Shown here in pieces: positions 39,610-47,652 of a stretch of DNA of 64,000 nucleotides. A program made the translations under genes and the position numbers. How positions within the stretch are numbered: position 1 is the first letter of the stretch; each line of letters begins with the position of its first letter. The notes under the pieces were generated by a model. That model was not told the origin of the DNA and did no database searches. It saw only the letters and a list, made by a program, of their open reading frames with translations. Origin of the DNA: an uncultured Nitrososphaeria archaeon (GTDB lineage: Archaea > Thermoproteota > Nitrososphaeria_A > Caldarchaeales > JAVZCJ01); assembly GCA_964532175.1 (NCBI GenBank), contig CAZHGP010000001.1, positions 21,046-85,045 on the forward strand, given 5' to 3'.

Positions 39610-39775
39610 TATCCTTAATTTTAATTGAAATTCATTTATTAATGGAAAAATAGCGAGACAAAAATATTTTTAAAATTAAGTTATCTGGAATAAAAGGGAT
39701 CTTCTATACAAATGTTTTTAAAAGAAAAACTTTTTATAAAATTTATAAGCTTTCTAATATTAATTTTATTCGAAA

Positions 39776-40174
39776 ATGTCGCACTCAATATATCTTATTA
39801 AGGCGAAAAAAGGAGATATGGAAATAGAAGCTCAAGCTCCAACATCTTCTGAAGCTTTAGAATTATTAAATAAAGCTATAGAATTACTTGAAAAATTACC
39901 TATTGAAAAGCATGAATTAATAACTAGTAAAATGGAAGAAAAACCATCTATTGATGCATTTGAAAAAACTTCTACTGGAAGAATAAAATATTTAATTGCA
40001 ACTGGTTTCTTTAATACTGAACGTTCTCTCTCAGATACTTATGAAGAACTTTCTAGATTAGGATATCCTTATGATGTAAAATCTATTGATAAATCTCTTA
40101 GACAATTAACACGTAAAGGTTTACTTAGAAGGCTTGGAACTAGAAGAAACTATAGATATATTGCAGTAAAATAA
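39776..40174 (+). CDS. Small wHTH protein, paralog A (C-terminal …RGYPYDVKSIDKSLRQLTRKGLLRRLGTRRNYRYIAVK)
   Basis: The C-terminal wHTH is clearly paralogous to the 43669-44151 product (ERSLS…RGY.Y…G(L/I)L.R.G..RNYRYI). Confidence 0.45.
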   Translation: MSHSIYLIKAKKGDMEIEAQAPTSSEALELLNKAIELLEKLPIEKHELITSKMEEKPSIDAFEKTSTGRIKYLIATGFFNTERSLSDTYEELSRLGYPYDVKSIDKSLRQLTRKGLLRRLGTRRNYRYIAVK

Positions 40175-40184
40175 AGGTGAAAAA

Positions 40185-40658
40185 ATGGAAAAAGAAAAAA
40201 TTGAATTAAAAGCAATAATTGAATATAATAATACACGTATAGAATTTAAAGGAAATTTTTATGATGTATGGAATAGTATTAATAAATATTTTTCAACAAT
40301 TTTTCCATCATTTGAAGCGATTAAAAAAATTGTTGGAAAAATAGATATAAATGCATTATCTGAAATGATATCGGATGAAGTTAAAATAATAGATAGTAAA
40401 ATAATAGTTCATGGAGAAAATGATGCAAAGAGAAAAATAGTATTAGCTTTAGCAGGTGCTTATATTGGAGCAGCAATGGGTTTAATTCAAAATGATTTCC
40501 TTACTCCTCAACAAATTTCTGAAGCTACTGGAATAGATAGCAAAATTGTAAGAGCTAGATTAAGTGAAATGGTTAAATCTAATCTTGTATTTAAAATTGA
40601 TGAAGGAAAATATAAATATTCTCCAATTGGAGAAAAATTAATTAAAATGAAAAAATAA
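40185..40658 (+). CDS. Small wHTH protein, paralog B
   Basis: The N-terminus ELKAIIEYNNTRIEFKGN and C-terminal wHTH TPQQISEATGIDSKIVRARLSEMVKSNLV are related to those of the next gene. Confidence 0.4.
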   Translation: MEKEKIELKAIIEYNNTRIEFKGNFYDVWNSINKYFSTIFPSFEAIKKIVGKIDINALSEMISDEVKIIDSKIIVHGENDAKRKIVLALAGAYIGAAMGLIQNDFLTPQQISEATGIDSKIVRARLSEMVKSNLVFKIDEGKYKYSPIGEKLIKMKK

Positions 40659-40679
40659 AAGGAGTTGTAAAAGAATAGA

Positions 40680-41177
40680 ATGTCTGAAAAAAATGAAAAC
40701 CTTAAAATTAATATTTCTTATAAAGATTTATCTGCTACATTTGAAGGTAATCCGGAACAAGTTTATAGATCAGTTATAGCATTTTTAGAAAAAGTTATTC
40801 CAGCATATTCTTTAGCATCAAAAATAAGTTATTCAATTAATATTCAAGATATACTTGAAAAAGCAAGTAAAATTTTAGCTTATAATCAAAATGAAGGAAT
40901 TTTCTTTCTAAATCCAATTAATAATTATTCCTTAATTGATGGAATAATGTTATTTTTATTAAAATTATACATAGAACATTCCATTGGTTTAAGAGATTCT
41001 CCTGAAGCATCCTTATTAGAAATAAGCAATTTTCTTAATAAATCTCAAAAATCTATTTCTGGAAAAATTAGTAATCTTATTAAAAATGGTTATATTAGAA
41101 GATTATCAAGAGGTAGTTATGTTTTAACAATAACTGGTTTAAAGCATTTAATAGAAAATATTATCCCAAAAATTTAA
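40680..41177 (+). CDS. Small wHTH protein, paralog C
   Basis: N-terminus NLKINISYKDLSATFEGN. C-terminal wHTH SLLEISNFLNKSQKSISGKISNLIKNGYIRRLSRGSYVLT. Confidence 0.4.
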   Translation: MSEKNENLKINISYKDLSATFEGNPEQVYRSVIAFLEKVIPAYSLASKISYSINIQDILEKASKILAYNQNEGIFFLNPINNYSLIDGIMLFLLKLYIEHSIGLRDSPEASLLEISNFLNKSQKSISGKISNLIKNGYIRRLSRGSYVLTITGLKHLIENIIPKI

Positions 41178-41232
41178 ATTATTGAATAGAAAAATTAATA
41201 TATTCTAATTATATTTATCTTATTGATAAAAA

Positions 41233-41769
41233 ATGACTCAAATATGGATTGCAAGAGATTATTCTAAATGTAGTGGATGTAGAAGATGTGAAATTGCTTG
41301 TTCTCTTAAACATGAAGGAGAAATATGGCCTGAAGCATCTAGAATAAGAGTTTTTATGCTTATTCCAGGTATTGAAGTGCCACACCTTTGTGTTCAATGT
41401 CCAGATTATCCTTGTGTAGAAGCATGTCCTACAAATGCTTTATCGATAAATAAAGAAACAAGTGCTGTAAAAGTTGATAAAGAGAAATGTATTGCATGTG
41501 GAAAATGTATAGATGCATGTCCAGGTAAAATTCCACATATGCATCCAACAAAGAAACATATAATCATATGCGATTTATGTAATGGAGATCCAGAATGTGT
41601 AAAAGTTTGTCAAGAAGGTAAATGGAATGCTTTATGGGTAGCCCCAAGACCTAGTAGTCCAGTGTCTAATCCACTTTCTATAAAACTTTATGCAAGAACA
41701 CCTCAAGAAATAACTAAAGATCTTGCTAGAAATATTTATGGAGAAGAATTTGATAAAGAGGTGGTATAA
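41233..41769 (+). CDS. 4Fe-4S dicluster/polyferredoxin-like electron-transfer subunit (AorA-like) of the AOR
   Basis: Multiple Cys clusters: CSGCRRCEIAC, CVQCPDYPCVEACP, CIACGKCIDACP, CDLCNGDPECVKVC. Confidence 0.7.
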   Translation: MTQIWIARDYSKCSGCRRCEIACSLKHEGEIWPEASRIRVFMLIPGIEVPHLCVQCPDYPCVEACPTNALSINKETSAVKVDKEKCIACGKCIDACPGKIPHMHPTKKHIIICDLCNGDPECVKVCQEGKWNALWVAPRPSSPVSNPLSIKLYARTPQEITKDLARNIYGEEFDKEVV

Positions 41770-41770
41770 A

Positions 41771-43660
41771 ATGTTATATGGATATAATGGAAAATTTATT
41801 GAAGTAGATTTATCTAATGAAAAAATAAATGTAGAGAAAATCGATGAACAAATTTTAAGAGAATATATAGGTGGGAGAGCTTTAGCATCAAAAATTTTAT
41901 GGGATAGACTTGGAAATAAATGGGAAGAGGTAGATCCTTTAGGTCCTGAAAATCTTTTATTATTTTTAACTGGACCATTAACAGGATATTTTCCAGGAGC
42001 AAGAATATGCGTTTCTGGAAAATCCCCTCAAAGTAATGGAATAGTCGGCTCAACTGTTGCTGGGAATTTTGCAATAGAACTTAAATGTGCTGGATATGAT
42101 GGAATAATTGTAAGTGGAGAAGCAAAAAAACCAGTTTATTTATTCATAAAAGATGATTTTATAGAAATAAAAGATGCAGCTCATATTTGGGGTAAAAAAG
42201 GGAAAGAAACAACGGAAATATTAATTAAAGAAACATTTAAAGAATTATCAAATAAATGGCCTTGGAAAGGATTATGGAAAGACCCTGGAATACTCTATAT
42301 TGGTCCAGCTGGAGAAAATAAATCTAGAATAGCTGCTGTAATGTCAAAATGGTCTCATGCAGCAGGATATGGTGGATATGGAGGAGTAATGGGTTCAAAG
42401 AAACTTAAAGCAATTGTTGTTAAAGGTTCAAATCCTCTTCCACCTGTAGCAAATAAAGAGAAAGTTTTAAGCTTAATAGCAGAAGTTTGCAAAGTTTCTA
42501 TTCAAGAAAAAGATGATTGGAGAAGATGGGGTACTGGTTTTGGAGGATATGGATTTGGTGCAGATACTAGTTCTGAACCTATTAGAAATTGGCAAGAAGA
42601 ATGGCATGATAATAAAAGTTTTGGAGTTGATAAATTTGAAGAAAGAGTATGGATAAAAAGATATTGGGGAGATGATGGATGTCCAACAACATGTCTTAAA
42701 CTTGCAGTAATAAAAGATGGAGAATTTAAAGGAGCTATAACAGATAATCCAGATTATGAATTGCAAGCATACCTTGGTACAAATTTAGGAATATTTACTC
42801 CTGAAGGAAATGTCTATATGTCTTCTGTAATAGATGATTTGGGTTTATGTGGCATACAAGGAGGAAATGTTCTTGGTTTTACAGCTGAATTATATCAAAG
42901 AGGGATTTTAACAAAGAAAGATTTAGGTATTGAACTTGAATGGGGCAATCCAAAAGCATTTGCAAGATTAGCTGAAAAAATAGCATATAGAAAAGGTATA
43001 GGAAATATTTTAGCTGAAGGAACTTATAGAGCTGCTTTAAGATTATCTAAAAGAAAGAAAATTGATTTAATGAAATATGCTATTCAAAGCAAAGGAATAG
43101 CAATTGGAGCGCATGGAATAAGAAGTGGATTAGATTATCCACCAATAATTGCTTATGCATGTTCTGTACAAGGAGGAGACCATACTTCAGTAGCTGGATT
43201 AATACGTGAAGAATTATGGAAATGTGAAATGTCAATGCTATTTGCAGATAGTGGCGTAGTGTGTGCATTTAATGTTTTCAAATTAGATTGGTTATGGGAT
43301 TTCTTACAAGCTATTACTGGATGGAATATAACTAAAGAAGAATGGTATGAAAAAATTGCTGCTAGAGTATTAGCTATTCAACGCACATTTTTATTACTTG
43401 GCGGACCTGATATTTATTGGGATCCTAGAATTCATGATGAAAATCCTGAAAGATTTTATGAACCTCTTCCTTCTGGTCCGAAAAAAGGAAGTGCTACAAA
43501 TAAAGAAGATTTTCTTAAAACAAAAAGCGAATATTATAAAACTTTAGGATGGGATGAATATGGTATTCCTACTTCAGAAACATTAGATAAACTTGGTTTA
43601 AAAGATGTAGATAATATTCTTCAAAAAGTAAGAAATAAGATATATTCAAGTAAGCCATAG
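41771..43660 (+). CDS. Tungsten-containing aldehyde:ferredoxin oxidoreductase (AOR family)
   Basis: MLYGYNGKFIEVDLSNEKINVEKIDE is an AOR-type N-terminus. About 629 aa. A strong SD (gaggtgg) sits immediately before the ATG at 41771, so the longer 41723 ORF start is rejected. Confidence 0.75.
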   Translation: MLYGYNGKFIEVDLSNEKINVEKIDEQILREYIGGRALASKILWDRLGNKWEEVDPLGPENLLLFLTGPLTGYFPGARICVSGKSPQSNGIVGSTVAGNFAIELKCAGYDGIIVSGEAKKPVYLFIKDDFIEIKDAAHIWGKKGKETTEILIKETFKELSNKWPWKGLWKDPGILYIGPAGENKSRIAAVMSKWSHAAGYGGYGGVMGSKKLKAIVVKGSNPLPPVANKEKVLSLIAEVCKVSIQEKDDWRRWGTGFGGYGFGADTSSEPIRNWQEEWHDNKSFGVDKFEERVWIKRYWGDDGCPTTCLKLAVIKDGEFKGAITDNPDYELQAYLGTNLGIFTPEGNVYMSSVIDDLGLCGIQGGNVLGFTAELYQRGILTKKDLGIELEWGNPKAFARLAEKIAYRKGIGNILAEGTYRAALRLSKRKKIDLMKYAIQSKGIAIGAHGIRSGLDYPPIIAYACSVQGGDHTSVAGLIREELWKCEMSMLFADSGVVCAFNVFKLDWLWDFLQAITGWNITKEEWYEKIAARVLAIQRTFLLLGGPDIYWDPRIHDENPERFYEPLPSGPKKGSATNKEDFLKTKSEYYKTLGWDEYGIPTSETLDKLGLKDVDNILQKVRNKIYSSKP

Positions 43661-43668
43661 AAAAATCT

Positions 43669-44151
43669 TTAATTTATATTATTTACTTTAACTTCCTCTA
43701 TTTTTTTAGAATCAAGAGTAATACTTTCTTCTTTTTTAAATTTAGAAATATATCTATAATTTCTAGGCTTTCCTCTTCTTTCTAATATTCCTTGTCTTAC
43801 TAAATCAAGTAATACATGGGATACTGCTGTTGAATTATAATTATATCCTCTTCTAGCTATTTCTTCAACTACATTTGATAAACTTCTTTCTTCAGAAAAC
43901 CATCCTTCTTTATAAATTGCTTCTATTAAATCTCTACAAGTTAAATTATCAGATGGTTTTCTTTTTTGAATTATTTCACTTTTTATTTCAGGCTCTTTTT
44001 CTATTATAGCTTTTTCTTCTAAATTGCTTTTAAAAGCTGAAATAACATTTTTAATAGTTTTTTCAAGATCTTTTTGAGGACATTCAAGCTCTACTTCTAT
44101 AGAACCTATTTTTAACCTTACTTTTATGGGAATTTCATTGCTCATTTCCAT
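43669..44151 (-). CDS. Small wHTH protein, paralog D, divergent from the nurA-like gene
   Basis: C-terminus …SEERSLSNVVEEIARRGYNYNSTAVSHVLLDLVRQGILERRGKPRNYRYISKFK is paralogous to paralog A. Confidence 0.45.
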   Translation of the reverse strand: MEMSNEIPIKVRLKIGSIEVELECPQKDLEKTIKNVISAFKSNLEEKAIIEKEPEIKSEIIQKRKPSDNLTCRDLIEAIYKEGWFSEERSLSNVVEEIARRGYNYNSTAVSHVLLDLVRQGILERRGKPRNYRYISKFKKEESITLDSKKIEEVKVNNIN

Positions 44152-44219
44152 TCACTAATTGATCAAATTGAGCAACATTTATAAGCACGGAAATATTATT
44201 ATTTAATGGTTGAAAAGCG

Positions 44220-45284
44220 GTGCAAAATATACAACAAAATTCAATACCTTTAAACAAACCCTCTTTACACCTAGATATAGCTAGCAGTACTTATTTAAAA
44301 GCTTTTTCTAATTTAGGATTAATATCTTTAAATAAAATAAATAATGATGAATATTTCTTTCCTGTGCTAGATAAAAATATTGATGATGATGATCATAATG
44401 AAGATATCTTGATAATAGATTTTAAGCAAGGAGAACCTATTTCTTTTTCAATAAAGCCTATTGAAATTAAAAAACCTATAATTGCTATAGATACTTCTTC
44501 TATTAAAATAGCAGAGAATAGTGAAGGTTTTATAATTGCTATAAGAGGTGCAATAATACATCGTTTTTTAAATAAAGCATCAGCTTATTTAATAGGACCT
44601 TTTCCATTTTATATTTGTGAAGAAAATTCTTATTTAATTTATAATAGGCTTAGAAATATATTTTTTGGATTAAAAGAAAATGTTAATCCACCATTACTTG
44701 AACATATTCCTAAAAGAATAGGGAATTTATTCGATCGTTGGCTTCAAATTTATGTTGCTGAAAAATTCTCAGATTCTATTCTTCTTTTTGATGGTTCTCT
44801 TACAGCTGGAACAATAGATAGTCCAATTTCTATTATGAAAAAAATAATTGAAACTTCTCAAAAAAATAATAATATAATCATGGCTTTTTCAAAAATGACT
44901 AGATTGAGAATTCATGGTGTAAGAATAACAGAAATTCAAAGTAAAGAATCATATCCATATGTAATTAATATTGACAATTGTTTAAAACAAATGAAGTATA
45001 AATGCTTTGGAAATATTTATGTTGCACGCTTATCTCCTTTTCCTTATTCTTATAGATTAGATATTGCACCTTTTTCAAAAGATAAACATATTGAAGCATT
45101 AGGTATATTATTGAATAATGATGCTATAATTTATGGATATCCTGAAACTTTATTATTAGCTCATGTATTATCAACTTTTAATAAAATCGATGTTATTGGT
45201 TTTCAAAGATTACTTGCAAGTGAATTTAATTTTCCAATATATGAAAATGAAGATATTAGGGAAACTTTATTTCAACCATTTTAG
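44220..45284 (+). CDS. nurA: NurA-like 5'-3' nuclease (RNase H-like fold)
   Basis: IAIDTSS and LLFDGSL (NurA motif-I-like DGS), plus a C-terminal GYPETLLLAHVLS resembling the conserved NurA YP-x-x-L-x-x-AH motif. Confidence 0.5.
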   Translation: MQNIQQNSIPLNKPSLHLDIASSTYLKAFSNLGLISLNKINNDEYFFPVLDKNIDDDDHNEDILIIDFKQGEPISFSIKPIEIKKPIIAIDTSSIKIAENSEGFIIAIRGAIIHRFLNKASAYLIGPFPFYICEENSYLIYNRLRNIFFGLKENVNPPLLEHIPKRIGNLFDRWLQIYVAEKFSDSILLFDGSLTAGTIDSPISIMKKIIETSQKNNNIIMAFSKMTRLRIHGVRITEIQSKESYPYVINIDNCLKQMKYKCFGNIYVARLSPFPYSYRLDIAPFSKDKHIEALGILLNNDAIIYGYPETLLLAHVLSTFNKIDVIGFQRLLASEFNFPIYENEDIRETLFQPF

Positions 45285-45297
45285 AAAGTGATTTAAA

Positions 45298-46773
45298 ATG
45301 AAAATATTAAAAAAGGAGAAAAATTCAATACAAATAATATGCTTTCCAGAAGATGTTGAAATACAAAAAGGAGATTATTTAATTGCTGAAGAAGGGAATG
45401 GAAAATATGCTTTATTGCAAGTAATAGATGTAAATTATGTTCAAACACCTGGAATACTTGAAGATTTACTTAGAACGATGTCTCTTGAAAAAATAGATAC
45501 AAATTTGATAGATCCTTTTGATACGAATTCTTTTATGCTTTTAATAAAAGATGCTAGAATTGTCTCAACAAAAATACGTGCAATTGCTGAAGGAGATAAT
45601 CTTATTTTTGGAAGTTCTTGGTTACCATCTAGATTCAAATCCTTCATAAGAAAAGCAGATATCGATACTCTTTATAGATTAATTAAAGTAGATGGATTTA
45701 GAAAAATAAATATTGGGAAAGTTTCCGGACAAGATTTTTATATAAATGCTGAAGCATTTGATGGAAGATTAACAATTATAACTGGAAAAAAAGAAACTGG
45801 AAAATCGCATATAGCAAAAATAATAGTTTCTTCACTTGTTGAATATGGAGCTAAATGTATAGTATTTGATATTAATGGAGAATATGTAAATTTAAATAAG
45901 AATAAGCTAGGAGAACCAAATAAATTAGCTAATAAAATTAAAATCTTAATTCCTGGAGAGAATTTTAAAGTAACGATAAAAGATGCTGGATTGAAAGTAT
46001 TACTTGATGTACTTGAATATGTATATAATACTCCTGGAACAAGTTGTAGAGAATTTGCAAGAATTTGGCATACAATTGAACATAAAAGGATGTCTTTAAC
46101 AATTGATGATTTGATAGAATTTATACAGAGAGCATCTATTCATGAATCTGTTAGGGATGCATTAATTTCTAGAATGCTTGCATTAAAAGCTTCTCGCTTC
46201 TTTACAAATAATGAAAATGAAGCTACATCTTTAATGGATGAAATAAATTCTATTGATGATGGAACATTGATTATAATAGATATGAAAAGTCTTATTCCTA
46301 TAACTAGAAAAATAGTTGTTGAATATATATTAAGCAAACTTGGTACTCTTCTTAAAGATGATAAGATTCCACCAATTTTCTTATTGGCAGAAGAAGCACA
46401 TTTGTATATTAGAAATACTTATTGGGATGATCTAGTAACTAGAATGAGACATTTTGGTTTATTTCCTATTTTCGTTACAAATCAACCAGATTCTATACCA
46501 GAAACAATTTATAGGCAAGCAGATAATATATTCTTATTTAATTTTACGAATGAAAATGATTTAGATTTCATTTCTAAAGCTTCTAGGATAGATTCTGAAA
46601 GTATAAAATCTATTGTAAGCCAGTTACCTCCAAAACATTGCTTTATACTTGGCTATGTTGTAGGAGATTTACCCATAGTAGTTAAAGTTAGGGATATGGA
46701 TATTCAAACCATGGGTATGACTAAAAAATTCTTTAAGGAAAGAAAATCGATTTTAATTCAAAAAATGCTTTAA
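45298..46773 (+). CDS. herA: HerA-like (DUF87/FtsK-HerA superfamily) ATPase
   Basis: N-terminal HAS-barrel-like region (DYLIAEEGNGKYALLQVIDV). Walker A TIITGKKETGKSHIAK. Walker B/DEAH-like FLLAEEAHLYI. Confidence 0.55.
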   Translation: MKILKKEKNSIQIICFPEDVEIQKGDYLIAEEGNGKYALLQVIDVNYVQTPGILEDLLRTMSLEKIDTNLIDPFDTNSFMLLIKDARIVSTKIRAIAEGDNLIFGSSWLPSRFKSFIRKADIDTLYRLIKVDGFRKINIGKVSGQDFYINAEAFDGRLTIITGKKETGKSHIAKIIVSSLVEYGAKCIVFDINGEYVNLNKNKLGEPNKLANKIKILIPGENFKVTIKDAGLKVLLDVLEYVYNTPGTSCREFARIWHTIEHKRMSLTIDDLIEFIQRASIHESVRDALISRMLALKASRFFTNNENEATSLMDEINSIDDGTLIIIDMKSLIPITRKIVVEYILSKLGTLLKDDKIPPIFLLAEEAHLYIRNTYWDDLVTRMRHFGLFPIFVTNQPDSIPETIYRQADNIFLFNFTNENDLDFISKASRIDSESIKSIVSQLPPKHCFILGYVVGDLPIVVKVRDMDIQTMGMTKKFFKERKSILIQKML

Positions 46774-46839
46774 TTTTTTTAAAATTTTTATAATATAAAA
46801 AGTTTATAATCTTTCTTTTTAATTAAAATATGATAGTAA

Positions 46840-47373
46840 ATGGATGTGTTTGATGCTATTAAAGGTAGGAGAAGCATAAGAGCATTTCAAGAAAAAGAAA
46901 TCCCAGAAGAATTTATTGAGAAAATTTTAGATGCAGCTAGATGGGCTCCTTCAGCAGGAAATATTCAACCATGGGAATTTATAATAGTTAAAGATAAAGA
47001 ATTAAAAATGAGATTAGCTGAAGCAGCTTATGGACAATATTTTATAGCTGAAGCACCTGTAGTAATAGTTGTTTGCACAAATATTAGAAAATCTAGCTCA
47101 AGATATGGAATAAGAGGGGAAACACTTTATTCGATTCAAGATGCTGCAGCCGCGACTCAAAATATCCTTTTAAGTGTTCATGCTCTTGGATTAGGAGCAT
47201 GTTGGATAGGTGCTTTTTCTGAAGAAAGAGTAATTTCAATACTCAATATTCCAAAATATGTTAGACCTGTTGCTATAATACCAATTGGATATCCTGCAGA
47301 AAAACCTACTCCACCACATAAAAGGAAGCTAGATGAAATTACATTTTTTGAAAAATATGGTTTAAAAAAATAA
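46840..47373 (+). CDS. Nitroreductase-family flavoprotein
   Basis: MDVFDAIKGRRSIRAF is the classic nitroreductase N-terminus. 177 aa. Confidence 0.8.
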   Translation: MDVFDAIKGRRSIRAFQEKEIPEEFIEKILDAARWAPSAGNIQPWEFIIVKDKELKMRLAEAAYGQYFIAEAPVVIVVCTNIRKSSSRYGIRGETLYSIQDAAAATQNILLSVHALGLGACWIGAFSEERVISILNIPKYVRPVAIIPIGYPAEKPTPPHKRKLDEITFFEKYGLKK

Positions 47374-47387
47374 TGGGAGAAAAAAAA

Positions 47388-47447
47388 TCATTTCTTCTTC
47401 TTTGATGCTTTCTTCTTTTTTGTTGCTTTTCTGCCACATTTAGACAT
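47388..47447 (-). CDS. Candidate 19-aa highly basic peptide (MSKCGRKATKKKKASKKKK); very tentative
   Basis: ATG is preceded by gggtgg (SD-like) 5 nt upstream. 11 of 19 residues are K/R. Confidence 0.15.
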   Translation of the reverse strand: MSKCGRKATKKKKASKKKK

Positions 47448-47652
47448 TTTTCCACCCTTTTTATACTAATATATATAAAATTTTTATCGATATATAATTT
47501 TTTATTTAATAAATAGGGTAATTTCTACTAAAAAACATTTTATACCGATTCATAAATGTATAATATATTATACATACAATAAATCTAATATCGTTTCATT
47601 AAAAAGAAAAATTTACATACAAGTATTAAGTAAAATTCTATCGTATTTAAGA

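Noticed and set aside
41723-41770. Longer N-terminal extension of the AOR ORF (MLEIFMEKNLIKRWYK…) overlapping the ferredoxin gene
   Set aside because: The conserved AOR N-terminus begins at the internal Met (MLYGYNGKFIEVDL) at 41771, which is preceded by a strong gaggtgg SD. The extension is just the 3' end of the ferredoxin gene read in another frame.
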